From contig OZ210885.1 of assembly GCA_964658305.1 (NCBI GenBank), positions 20,584,001 to 20,648,000 of the forward strand: DNA of 64,000 bases. Reading direction: 5' to 3'. The notes below the pieces were generated by a model, which had not been told where the DNA came from, searched no databases, and saw only the letters and a program-made list of their open reading frames with translations. Numbering within the stretch: position 1 is the stretch's first letter; each line of letters starts with the position of its first letter. Below are positions 51,679 through 64,000 of the stretch, one piece after another. The position numbers and the translations under genes are program-made. This DNA comes from Leptogorgia sarmentosa. Lineage: Eukaryota.

Positions 51679-54671
51679 TATATGTTTATATTGCTTTCTG
51701 AATTACTTTGGTTCTTTTGGTTGACTATATTTGTGTATTTTTTCTTTAATCTAATTGAGACAATTTACGAACTGAAGTTAGTTTCGATACTCGAACTCTA
51801 ACCTAATACGTTGATCGAGTTTGCAGATGTTTCACATGTTTCCTTTTTAACTAAGGCCTGTTTTCCCATAAAATTAATTGATTTTTGAGATTTTCTTTGC
51901 TATTTGATAGCATATTAGCTATTTGAGACTATCATTTTGTCTCTATAACTTGCAGACATTCGAGAGCCGCCATCTTTGTTTGCTCGGCCAAAAGGCAGTG
52001 GTGTAGTGGAGGGGGGGCAAGGGGGGGCTCAGCCCCCCTTGTTAAAAATCCGCGTTAATTTGGGGGGGCTGAGTCCCCCTTGTTCTTTTCGTATTGCATA
52101 ATCTTTTTATGATTATTATTTTTCAATTTTTTATTGTTATTTTAAGATCTGTGAATATTTATTCGAATAAAACAATAATCCAATGAAAAAATCGTGATTT
52201 CAGTATTCAATATAAACTCAGTCCACGCGTTGATGTTGGTCTAGTTGAAGCCGTTAACTGACTCTAACATGAAGTATTGAACAGACTTTCCAGTTTCCAC
52301 TGGACATGGCATCGCACCATGCTTCAGCCTTCTGTTCGAAAAACAAAGATTAAAACAAAAAATAATAAAGACAAAAGCGGAAAGCCCTGAAGACAAAAGG
52401 TATGCTTCAAGCTTTCTATATCACAAGTGTGTTCTGGTAGTATTGTAGAACATCTCAGAAGAAATTGCACTTTATTCATAATAAAAATATATTATTATCA
52501 TAGTAGGATCAAGTAGCTTGACAAAAATTAAATATCTGATCTGAATGATTCTATCGCCTTGGCTTTTAGATTCAAGTTAGTCCAACAAGATGCGAGAATT
52601 GTAGGCTATATAGGCAATGGAAATTGATCAACCACCGGCCAAAAAAATAAAAATTCAAAAAAAACTAACAAGCTTTTTCGATCCTGCTAAACAGCCTAAT
52701 AGTAATAATGGGGGTGACAAAGGTACAGAAGACAATATCGACCGTGAGCAGAATGACGCCATTGCCACACCACCATCTGACCACTCTTCCAAAAATAACT
52801 TGCCTGAAGAAAAATCGTCGGGTACATATCCAACGTGTTGGTCAGCAGAACAGTGCAACTATTTTCTGACGACATACCCGTGGATGTTTTGTGAGAACGA
52901 AAGCATTGGGTGCATAGTTTGCAAAAAAGTGAAGTCATTAGGTTTAGGAGCTTTTAATTCAAAAAGTCAACATATTAGCAATGAATGGAGCGGATGCTCT
53001 GTACGTAGAGATGGTGAAAAGGCAACAGCACAGAAGGCATTGCGAAAAAAAATTCAAAAACATGCAACATCTCAAGCACACATTGCTGCTAGTAACATTC
53101 TATCACAACAACATGAAAAAAAAATCGAGACAGCATCACTCAACAGTGTTGCACATTCAAGAAAACTAACAGAAAGATGCCTTCGGACGGCATATTTTGT
53201 TGGGTACGAAAATCGACCATATACCGACTACCCAGAACTTATCACTCTTCAGAGCACAAATGGGCTTGAGCTAGGGTCAATTTTACATTCAAGGTACACT
53301 TGCACTCAGATGATTGAATGTATCGCCAAAACTATGAGAAAAAAAATCTGCAATTCAATTAAAAACAATGATCGAAAAATTGCTATTATTACTGATGAGT
53401 CAACGTCTTTATCAAAGAAGGCTTGTCTTATTATTTATATTCGTGTAGTAATTTCTGAAACTCCTGAGAATGTTTTCCTCGATATTCGTGAATTGGAGGG
53501 TCAAAATGCAGAATCCGTCGTCAAATGTCTTCTCACTACCCTGACAGACTTTGAATTTGATGAGGATTATTTGGCGAAGAATCTTGTTGCCTTTACAAGT
53601 GATGGAGCGTCGGTCATGTTGGGAAAGCGTAGCGGCGTGGGTCAAAGGTTGAAAGATAAATTTCCTGCCATACTGCTATGGCATTGTTTGAATCACCGCC
53701 TGGAGCTAGCGATTTCAGATGCAGTATCATCAATAGATGGCTTTTATCCAATACAAACATTCTTCGATAAAGTATATTCTGTGTACTCTTATTCTTCCAA
53801 ACTACAGCGAGAACTTAGTGAAATATCAAAGGATCTCGACCTCCAACTAAAAAAGATTGGGAAAATTTTCACTGTTCGCTGGATTGCATCATCATTTAGA
53901 GCTATAAAAGCTTTGTGGAATGACTACCCAGCCCTTTATTTGCACTTCAAGAAGCTTTCAGAAGATATGTCCATTAAGCCCACCGACCGTGCGACTTTCC
54001 AGGGTATCGCGAAGAAGCTCTCAACAAGAGAATTTGTAGAAGATGTAGCTGTGGTTAAGGATTGTTTAGCTCAAATATCTTTGTTATCAGAAGCTTTGCA
54101 GAAGCAACAGACAAGCTTAATCGAAGCAAATAGACATCTGAGATGGACATTAAACGGGTTGTTTAAAATTAAAGAAGCAATTCAGCAAGGAAAGTACACT
54201 TTCCAGGCAACGACGGGGGATAATGCAGCCTTTAAAGGTGTGTCTTTGGAAGCTTTCTCCTCAAGGAAAGGGTACGTCTCGTTTGATCGAAAGCAGTTCA
54301 TTCAGGCATTAATTGACAACATTAACGCAAGGATGATCAACTCCAGTGAGGACCCAGCGATAAAGCAACTGGAAGCACTTATTCCTGATAAGTGGCCCAC
54401 TGAAGAATATACACCCTGGCTAGAAGGAGAAAAAGCCATACAAGATATCTGTAGAAGGTTCCAAGTGCCTGAATGTGGTATTATACCAGCGTTTCGTGAA
54501 TTTTTTAGCGATCCCAGGAACATACCCAAGATTATCAATGAGAAACTGATTCAGAGTATTATTTATACTGTTCCCATCAGTTCATCTGAAGCAGAAAGAG
54601 GGTTTTCTCAAATGAACATTATCTGTTCGCCAACACGTTCCAAACTCACTGTTTTGCACTATCATCACTTA

Positions 54672-57600
54672 TAGTGGGGTCGGTAAAGCCAAAATTGTGC
54701 ATTTTATGATACCAACATGAAACTTGGCAGGAATATAGAGTTTGAGATGCTGAATAAAATGAGGTCGGGACCCCAACGTCAAAGTGCCCTAAAATGCCAT
54801 TTTTGGCTCCCGAAACTAGGTCCCAGACCTCCCTATTAAATTGTGCTATTTATTCAAAAAAAAAATTCGTGTTTTGTTAGATTCCGCTAAAATAGACATA
54901 ATTGATTGTTTTAATAACAAAAATAATATATTTGTACAATTTTCAATGAACAATTAACAAAAAGAAGGCTAGGAGTAGCTGGTTCAATTGTCAAATCCCT
55001 GTGAGCATTGCGCATTGCAGTTACACAGCTCCGTACATTCTAATCTGATTGTTTTGCATTTGCATCTGGTGGAGCATTTTTGTTTGCATCCGCATTTGAT
55101 AAGCTCCTGACAAGCCTTGGACGCATCGGGAATTGTCATCCAGTTTGGCGACACCTGTCCATCTGACTGTTTCCAGCCCCACTCTGTGAACTCAGGTAAG
55201 ACTTGCCATCTCACGAGGGACTGTCCCCATACATACCTATGCAAAAAATTAGTAAAAAAATTAAACGAAAAAGTGCGGTACGATAATATTTATTTGTACA
55301 GTTTCATTTTCAGAATGTTAACGAAAGCCTATACTTACTTTGCTTGAAATATAGCTCTCCTGATATGCTGATAAAGTGCGTCCTTGGTTGGCGGGAGGTT
55401 TTCGCTTGGACAACCTTTTTTTGTAAACAGATGTCGTCTGGCCTCATTGACATCATTCAAACTACTAGTTTTATCGTACAACAACACAACATATTGCTCA
55501 ACAGCTCCAAAAAGATCTTCCAAATTGTCATCTTGGCCAGGGAGTGATAATCTATGGGAAAGGCATAATAATTACGTGAGTCTATACATATTATATTCTT
55601 ATAGATGTCAAATCCCTACCTGTGGAAAGTTGCAGTGACATCCGGAAAACTCTTCCAGGTATTCCAACATGACTTCTTTCCTTTACCACAGAATGCTGAT
55701 ACCGTATCGCACCCCGTTAAAGCAAACCAAAATCGCAAACCGCAACATACACTTTTACCTAGACTGGCAGCATACTTGTGGACTGGAAACCACCGCCTGT
55801 TTCTTCCGACACCAAATTCTACCCACAGCTCATCGATGTTCAGTTCATGGAAAAAAGAAACCGCCAGAACCAAAACATCTGTGTCCACTGTTTGAATGCT
55901 GATATTTCTATGGCCACCGTCAGCAGCGTGTTTCACGTGTAGTAGAATGCGAGTGTCTGCCTCTTCGTGGTTGCATGGAGTTAAACCATTATGATGAATA
56001 TCGCCATTACTAATCACTTCTGTAGTGTCACTTGCCAGTATTACCCCTTCGAAGCTTTGAACAGCAGGACAGTTGACAAGATCTTGTGCAAGGAGATGAA
56101 ATAACTCAGACTTGTTTTCGTCAACCTTCAGAAACTGTGCCCAATTTTTCCAAACTGGTGTGCTCTCCTTCACTGCAATCCGTACACCCGTTCCTCTTCT
56201 CTCTCTAGATTCTGCCTTTAAGCTTCCTTCAGTATAAACATAAAAAACGACATCGATTCTCTTAACAAGTGCTGTCTCGAGAGTTAACGATAAATGGCCA
56301 AAAGACGTCTTTGCTGTATTGCCCGTACGTCTTGGCATTTTGAGATTTAATCATCTGAACAATGGCAGCCCCGTCAAACACCTTTGCTGTCAGGTTTTCA
56401 GGTGGCGTTTCCCGTGTTGTCCCAAGAGCTTCTAAAATGTTAACAAAGTCAGACTTTGTAACTTTTCGCAGTTTTCCATATTCAGAAATTGACGCTGGAT
56501 AGGAATGATTTTCATGAGCAAAGAAGTCCGCAAGATCACCACATCTAGATTGGCAGGCAACATAAAGGGAGGCATAGAGTTTGCGGTCATCTTAAAGCGA
56601 AGCGATTTTCAGTTTACCTTTCGATGTTGACACTGCGTTCTTTTTGCGGAAAAGAGGTAGATTGTTTTTAGGAATAAGTTCATGGATAGACTTTTCACAT
56701 GTAACAAGCCTCTTCCGAACATATTCTTCATACTGCTTTTTCCCGATATTTTCGGCATTTCTGACTGACTCACCAGAAGCGCTATTCATGATAGTCCTTG
56801 TCATCACTTGGATTAGTGAGTCTTCTGCATCACTGAAAGGGCTTCCAACCTCGGTAAAAGCCAGCTTGAAATTCTTCACGTCTTTGCGGAATTGACTTTC
56901 AAAGGCGTCGGTGTCTTCGTGGTGTCTTTTTTCTGCGTGTGCTTCTGTATTTTCCTCACCCATGTTAAAGTCCTTAACTAAACGCGCAATCTCAGGCCCA
57001 CCAATCATCCATTTCATCAATGCGCTTTCATTATCCAGGATACCAACTGCTCCCCCGTCTGTCTTCACGTCCTTGTTATTCTGCTCATGAGCTTGATCTT
57101 CTGCCATACAAGAAAATGGTTTGTCGGTTTTCTTGTAAGTAAAATGGCCTTTCATGAATTCCCCGTAAATATCCGGATGTTTTGTTTCTAACATTCTCAT
57201 GTCTTGGATGAAGACTGGCAGCCACCTGGCATAATGGGTATGATCTAGTGCGAACATCCATGGAGCAATCTTATGAAGGGCGCTAACAAACATTTGAAAA
57301 TTGGATTCCCGAAGACTACGGACCAACTTCAATAGCAAAGCTTCCAGTTCGATAACAGTTAGCCAGTAATGGAACTGAACAGATCGTCGCCTTTCGTCTA
57401 GCCACTAATGGAAAGGTACATCCGTGCAGGCAGATTCCTGGTATGCATCGATCAGGAGAAGGTATAACCCAGCACAAGATACTTGGTGTGCATATCGGGT
57501 TCTTTTAACTTGATTTCCTCGAAGCAAACTTTCTGCTCTTCCTGGGCTGTTGATCGAAGACTTCACAAGCAGGTCTATCCAGCCACTTCCTTCAAGCCAA

Positions 57601-60216
57601 TCACCAATTGCTGCCATGAAGTTCATTTCAATATGCAATGAACCCATCATAACTAACTTTTCTTCGCCATACGAGTCCGGATAATGCCACTGTACTTGCT
57701 TTCCAAGTGCATAAACTGGCTGATCCCCTGTTACTACAGCTACTTGACCTGGATTTACTTCTTGTAGGATCAGTTGAACGATTTTCATGGTGTGACGTAC
57801 CATTGCCGTTGATGTTACAGACTCTTTCAACAAAGGCAGTAGAGTTGACAGCGACTTCTGCTGAGCTTTAACAACAGTTGACTGTTCCCTCCTTGCCTGA
57901 AATGCTGACCATGAAAGCCTGTTTGTGTCGACATCACATGTTGCTGTCTCCATAGCATGGTTGAAGCTGCAAAAATTTTCAAGCCATTCGTCTGCAAGAA
58001 AAAATGTTGAACCGTCGTCGTTGCTATCTACATCTCGTGCACACACCTGTTGTAATGGGTATTCCGATCGGCTTGCCTTGGCAGGAAAGATTGACGTGTA
58101 ACTCTCTGGCAGTTCTAAAGGAATGTTCATTGTTTGGCTTCCCTTATCGACAGTGAAGCCGCGCTCCATTTGTGCCTCCTCTGGATGTTGAAATACAGAT
58201 ATACTGGTTCCATGAAAGGCATCTGAGGCTGTTGCAGATGTGGGGTTGTGGTCGATGTTATCAATGGCAGCCGTTGTAAAAATGCCATTTACAAGGGTGG
58301 GTGGGCACACAAACCCTTTTTCCTGAAATACTTTACAGAGCTGCTTTGTGACAGATAAGGAGACGTCTTGAACTCTATCATAAGAGACGGTCATTCCATA
58401 ACCTGAAAGATCTGAAACAATGCCTTTCATACGTGTTCGTGAGTGCAGCATCAATCCAGTATAAAGAGGAAATGATGTCTCATACTTTCGAATATGCCTG
58501 GTCGTGCCTGTTTTAGCAGCGCTCTTATTCTTTTTCGTTTTGACTGCATTGAAACGAATAAGTTGTGAAATAGCTACATACACTTTGCTCTTTGTCTCAC
58601 CAGAATCGTCGTCCAGAGCTGAATGTCCAAGAATCATGCTGATTAAACTGTACAGTGAAGGTGGGACATCAGAACTCTCACTAAAATCTTGAAGGATGCC
58701 TTGTCCTTGGGGAAGATCGACAAAAAGCTGGTTTCTGATAACTCTTGCAGCCTTTGCCAAACAAGCTCCATCACTTTGACCACTTAAGGTACAAGCATCA
58801 AATATCGCTTCTCCAATATCATCGTGCTGTATAAGGAAGACATTTTTGCCGTGTTTTGCCTCGGAAAGTTCAGGAAGCTCTTTAAGAATATCTTCTTTGA
58901 GTCTTGTGCTATGAATCTTATCAATGCTGTCACGAGAAGCTTTGTACTCAGCTAATCGCTTGCACACCAAGCTCTTTAATTCTATGAGTTTGAAAACAGG
59001 TGTGATGTCATCAGCTGAGATGATACAATTCTTGATATGCTCGACAACCTCAGCAAGAACAACGCCGTAAAGAATATCATCTTCAAGGTCTGCTGGTGAT
59101 TTTGAGCATGTCGTGTCACGAAACCTATTGTACAGAGCTATTAGACAACGTTTATGATAACGAGCCTCGATTGCTACAAGATCTCCCTCACTTAATTTCG
59201 CTAGTAGCTTCTCGTCTGATAATCTGGTTGCCGCATCCCTTACTCTTTTATCTAAACCAAGAGTTCGTGCATTGCAAAGTTTTACATCAGCATCAGGTTT
59301 TTCACAGAAAAAGCAAGTCGGCACGAAATTTTGAGCGACAAATCTTGAACGAGTACTTGGTGTTGACGTCTCCCCAGAGGGATCTTCAGTTTTCCTTCTT
59401 TTGCGTGCCCTCTCATAATGATAGTTATCATAGTTGTTTTTACATGACTTGTGAAACGTTGCCTTGTTTTTTATCAACTCCTGGAGTAAGTTCTCCTTTT
59501 CAATGCTCACCTGTAATGGCGCTGGTAATTTCCCTATTTCGTGAAATTTTCTCAAATTCTCAATCACTGTGGAGTAGCCATACGTACCATCGTCTGATGT
59601 GCTGCTTGCTGGACATATTAATTGAGCAGAAGATTTCTCTTGACATATGAAACATAGCTCCCACTTTACAACCTGCTCAGTTTCAAAATGTTCGGATGGA
59701 TTTAACAAAGCAAACCGTTTCTTAGACATCTGAATTCCGCTGTATTAACATGGTCCTTCCTCTTTAAGTTGTCCTTTCACCAGGGAATGCGAATTGATGA
59801 TATTATGCTGGATGTCAATCAAATGTGAAATACGCTAATTCCCGTGGCAACAAGTTACTTTTTTCGAGTATCTGCAACGAGTACTGGGGCCGACTAACTT
59901 GTAAAAATATTTCATACTGTTTATTATTCTTTGAAAAGCGAGTACCTATATTGCACCTAGAATAAAATCATCATTTGTGATGATTCTTAGCGGAATCCAA
60001 CAAAATATGCCTTAATTTTGGGAATAAATAGCACAATTTAATAGGGAGGTCTGGGACCTAGTTTCGGGAGCCAAAAATGGCATTTTAAGGCACTTTGACG
60101 TTGGGGTCCCGACCTCATTTTATTCAGCATCTCAAACTCTACATTCCTGCCAAGTTTCATGTTGGTATCATAAAATGCACAATTTTGGCTTTTGGTGGCC
60201 CTTACAGCCCTCACTA
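54672..60216 (-). mobile_element. Academ DNA transposon #1, both ends present
   Basis: TAGTG..CACTA ends, ~200-bp TIRs (54685-54890 / 59988-60193), 3-bp TSD TTA; excision restores hAT codons TCA CTT ATG TTC. Confidence 0.88.
54984..59729 (-). pseudogene. Academ transposase with XPG/PIN-like nuclease and Cys-rich C-terminus (AcademX type)
   Basis: CFICQ, DLVAIEARYH, AIDNIDHN, GDQPVY, MGSLHIEM, DQAHEQNN, HEEADTR, DTDV, LTGCDTVS, CGC..C..C.C..C..C.C; in-frame stops at ~57405 and ~56592, a frameshift and two short introns. Confidence 0.88.
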
Positions 60217-60696
60217 TTATGTTCATCAGCATAAACGGGCCACCTCCACATCTATGGCATGCGGAGTCTGCTGTTTCCAATTGGTTGCTCAGGCATAGAA
60301 CTGCAACGGACACAAAGAGTAGAAAAGCGAAACCTATCGGTCTATCTGATTTAAATTCTGTTCAAAACATTTTCACTTAACTGTTTTGTTATATGTTGCC
60401 GACGTTTTCTAATATTTAACATTTAAAAACAATTATACAATAAATGGTGACAAAAGTAAAAAATGTATATTTTAATTAAGGTTGTCGCTCCCACTGACCC
60501 CCCCCCCCTCCCTATATCAGAAACCTATACTATGAGGGAGACTGGGAGAGCCCCCCTTGTTAAAATTCCAGGACTACACCCCTGCCAAAAGGCTTGGTGA
60601 CCAGTTGAACCGCATGCATTCTGTTTATTACATATCGTTGTACATTTTTTCCGTTGTAAATGATCCATATTTGTTTTTAGGATTTTTCCATTTGTC

Positions 60697-62428
60697 ATGG
60701 CTTCATCCAGCCCAGAATGTGAAGACCCGCTGTGCATATTATGTAAAGAAGTAATTAATTAAAGAATTATGCAAGTGTTAGACAGAAAGGTCTTGAAAGT
60801 ATCAATGCATTTTCGATTAAGCATAATGAGCTCAATCCGGAAACTCCCATTCAAATATTCGAATTTGATGAGAATAAAAAAATGTATGTACATGAAAAAT
60901 GTCGTAAAAACCACTCCAATGCTAGACGGTTCGAGCAAATGAAACAAAAACGGGAAAATGAAGTAGACTCTAGAAAAAAACCAAACTTACGTTCAGAGAA
61001 ACTTCAGTTCAGTTTCGCTAATGACTGCTTCATTTGCGGTGAATGTGTCGATAAAGAAAAGGCCAAGAGATATCCAGACAACCCCGATGCTGAATACAGC
61101 AATGTCATGACTGTGCCAATTAGCAAAACAATAGAAGGGCGATGTAACGAGCGCCGTCAAGGTGGGCGGATTGATAAGTGGGCAGATGAAGTTGCTCAGA
61201 GAATTGCATGCACAAACGACTTACCGGCTGAAGAGGCTATCTATCACAGAAAGTGTTTTTGTTATTTCATGAACTCCACTTCCAGCATAGTAGTCACTCT
61301 GTCGTCAAATCTTAAACAGCTTGTACAAGACGCGCACAAAAAACTCGAGAAGGACTGGGAAGATATGGATATGCTTATCGAAATTGTAGGGAACTACATA
61401 AGGAACGAGATAAAATCTTTGAAAAAGCACAATGACGTATATCGCTTCAAGTTGGACTATGTGTGACACTGGATCACAAATACGGTCACCGGGATTTGAT
61501 TGACCTGCTTTACAACTATGGTTTCTGCGCATCCTATTCGGAATCTTCTCTATATAAGAAAAACGTGTCGGTCACACAAGGAGTTAGTGCTACCGAAGTT
61601 CCTGCAGACTCATTGTTGCATTTGATTGCTGACAATGTCGATCACAACGCAAGGACTCTCGATCACAACGCAAGGACTCTCGATGGGGAAAACGTTGTCC
61701 ATATGATGGGTCAAATGGGAGCCATCACTCCTGCCGCGTCAAACAAGAAATCGATCCAAAGAAAGAAGGTTTCACTTGACGAAATAAGAAAGATAGGGCA
61801 GCACAATCTAGTTTTTCAAATCGATCCGAAGAGCGTTCTGAAACAAATTAAATACTCCAGCATTCGCCCTGTGATAGATGATGTTCTAAACGCTGAGGTC
61901 GACATCTTGTGGCATGTATCTTGACCTCGCCCCCTGTGGTCCGGATACATGCAATCACTTCACCAGGGACACAGCTATCCAGGTGCAAGCTCTCAGCTCT
62001 TCCTTCCAATGATCGATTTGTCACCAAGCAGTCCTACATGTGTTCGTTCAACCCTCGAATATCTCTGTGACATTGCTGAGCGACACAAGGTTACGCCAAT
62101 CATTACGTTCAATCAACAATTATATTGGATTGCACTGATGATTATAGAAGACCAACCTCTGGCTAGTCGCCTGAGACGCATTGTATTGCTTCTGAGGGGT
62201 TTTCATACAGAGATGAGTCTGTTCGGGGCGATTGGGACGATCATGGATGGCTCAGGACTTAAGGAAATTCTTGCACAAGTATACGCCGAGGGATCTATTG
62301 ACCAGATGTTAAGTGGTAAGGCAGTCGCACGTGCGGTAAAAGGCCATTTTCTGGTTGATAGTGCGCTCAACATTGCGACTTCTGCTTCACTTCAACTTTC
62401 GATTCCAGATCGAAAAGGTACTTATTAA
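60697..62428 (+). pseudogene. Second Academ transposase remnant with internal deletions
   Basis: CILC, VHEKCRK, CFICGE, DLPAEEAIYHRKC, ADNVDHN, TFNQQLY, GFHTEMS. Confidence 0.82.
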
Positions 62429-62497
62429 ATACCTTATTGTGTGATTAATGTACAATTAAGCATTTCTATCTCACGAACTGCTACTGTCTAACTACTA

Positions 62498-63271
62498 CAG
62501 GGTGTATAAAAAAAAAGTTTACTGATGAAAATCATTCTCTAAACTAACGAGCGCTCAGAATTTCCAAAAACTTTCGGTTAGCCTGGGTAGTTTAACACCC
62601 TCTGGTATATCTAGCACTAAGTTTATTTTAAAAACAAACTTTTTTAGAATGGGAAATGTGGTTACTGAAAGGCCCATTAAAAACGGCTTGCGCGGAAAAA
62701 AAAGTTTTCTTCACACAATTTGATTTAATCGCATGAAAATATGGAGTATGATATACAAGCTATTCAAGTTTTGAGAAATGTGGTACACGCTGAGACGAAC
62801 GGGCGATGTCCAAAAACTGGATTTTGCGTTCTTTCCTGCGTGATTACCGATTAATTTATGCATAATTGGATATTTGCATTAATTACCAATGCAAATTGCA
62901 AGCTAATTCCCAAAGGTCCGTAATTACGCGAAGAAATTGCGGAAAATCCAGTTTTTGGACATCGCACGTTCGTCTCAGCGTGCACCAAATTTCTCAAAAC
63001 TTGAATAGCTTGCATATCATACTCCATATTTTCACGCGATTAAATTAAATTGTGTGAAGAAAACTTATTTTTTCCGCGCAAGCCGTTTTTAATAGGCCTT
63101 TCAGGAACCACATTTCCCATTCTAAAAAAGTTTGTTTTTAAAATAAACTTAGTGCTAGATATACCAGAGGGTGTTAAACTACCCATGCTAACCGAAAGTT
63201 TTTGGAAATTTTGAGCGCTTGTTAGTTTAGAGAATGTTTTTCATCAGTAAACTTTTTTTTGATACACCCTG
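62498..63271. mobile_element. Tc1/mariner-type fold-back MITE (774 bp)
   Basis: TA|CAGGGTGTAT..ATACACCCTG|TA; the two halves are near-perfect reverse complements over ~350 bp. Confidence 0.93.
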
Positions 63272-64000
63272 TATTGCAATTTACTGGTTTCTATGGAAAG
63301 GTCCCCAAAGTTTCAGTAAACGGCACGAGCATAGCACGAAAACCAAACGTATAGATATTTTTACGGGTAATTGTAAACAATATCTTAAAATGTCCCCTAA
63401 ATGCCCCCCCCCCAAAAAAGACAATTTTGAAAGTTAAGAAAAGTTTGGCACGTTTTATTGAAATTTACTGGTTTCTATGGAAAGGTTACCAACTTTTAAA
63501 TAGTTGACCTGCATCTAAGGACGAAAGCGGACTTATAACCTAATTAATATCATTGAGACGAAAGCATAAGGAAAATTGCTAATTCTTATTGGTTGCCGCT
63601 TCTTAATTTGCATGCTTTGGTCAAATTCTTGGTTGCTATTGGTTGTGACGAAACGGGACAAATTGTACGTCTCTGTTATGACAAACTTTCGTCGTGACAA
63701 CGGCAAAGGCGAAACGGAACGAATTCTGGATAAGGCCTATACTTTATACGTTGCTGTTATGACGAGCTTTATCCAGCCAAAGAATGGCAATTGAGGTGTC
63801 TTACTCTTATTATGCTTGTTTGAATTGCATTCCATACGACGCAAGTTTGACATAACAGCGACGTATAAACTAGGCCTAAACCAAGCGTATGATAGCTACG
63901 CTTATATGTCTGTATGTTGGGTATTTCTTGAAGCTCAACTTTCAATCGATCGATTGTACCATATAGTTATACCGACAATATTTGAAAAGGTCGTAGACAT

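Larger units (their letters stand above)
52617..60380 (+). pseudogene. hAT transposase (KIAA1586/ZNF862-like), C-terminus split by Academ
   Basis: 685-aa ORF: YPW..GCIVC..KH..SQAH, ITDEST, SDGASVM, HCLNH, TVRW, SEAERGFS; tail MFISINGPP resumes at ~60219. Confidence 0.92.
51996..60584 (+). mobile_element. hAT DNA transposon #4, both ends present, containing Academ #1
   Basis: TIR CAGTGGTGTAGT / ACTACACCCCTG; exact 8-bp TSD CCAAAAGG (51988-51995, 60585-60592); subterminal AGCCCCCCTTGTTAAAA at both ends. Confidence 0.93.
51003..62428 (+). mobile_element. Academ-like element #2, decayed, with hAT #4 inserted in its 5' region
   Basis: Putative left end TAGTTAGTAAAACCCCACC at 51003 (tentative); coding remnants at 60697-62428; right end not seen. 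Confidence 0.55.

Noticed and set aside
52617..54674. Host KIAA1586/ZNF862 gene or SUMO ligase
   Set aside because: Flanked by TIRs and an exact 8-bp TSD, so it is a transposon ORF; the similarity reflects domesticated hAT genes
59096..59650. 184-aa plus-strand ORF and many other short ORFs in the track
   Set aside because: Antisense or alternate-frame shadows of transposase and pol genes with no recognisable motifs
61638..61684. In-frame 21-bp duplication (DHNARTL x2) next to the Academ catalytic motif
   Set aside because: Simple slippage in an already decayed pseudogene

Overview
AT-rich eukaryotic (animal; cnidarian-like by inference from the element repertoire and intron style) DNA made almost entirely of nested transposable elements. 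No intact host gene, RNA gene or CRISPR array is evident. Boundaries could be read from terminal inverted repeats (TIRs) and target-site duplications (TSDs). (1) The 3' half of a BEL/Pao LTR retrotransposon. (2) A four-level nest: Kolobok-like THAP element > hAT (3998-20959) > IS3EU (7266-17918, 6-bp TSD) > MULE (10012-15616, 9-bp TSD). (3) A Sola3-like element whose right TIR is cut by a second BEL/Pao element, which itself carries two hAT elements, a Kolobok-type MITE and a repeat fragment with a type III hammerhead ribozyme. (4) A decayed CaRF-like MULE/SWIM gene with Tudor-like and unknown neighbours. (5) An Academ > hAT > Academ nest, plus several MITEs. The most notable signals are accessory domains carried by the DNA transposons: an OTU/vertnin-like cysteine-protease domain fused to the N-terminus of two diverged hAT transposases, a HECT E3-ligase gene in IS3EU, an intact spliced HMG-box + 4xC2H2 gene in the MULE, and the hammerhead. 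All family assignments come from motif recognition by eye, not from database searches.
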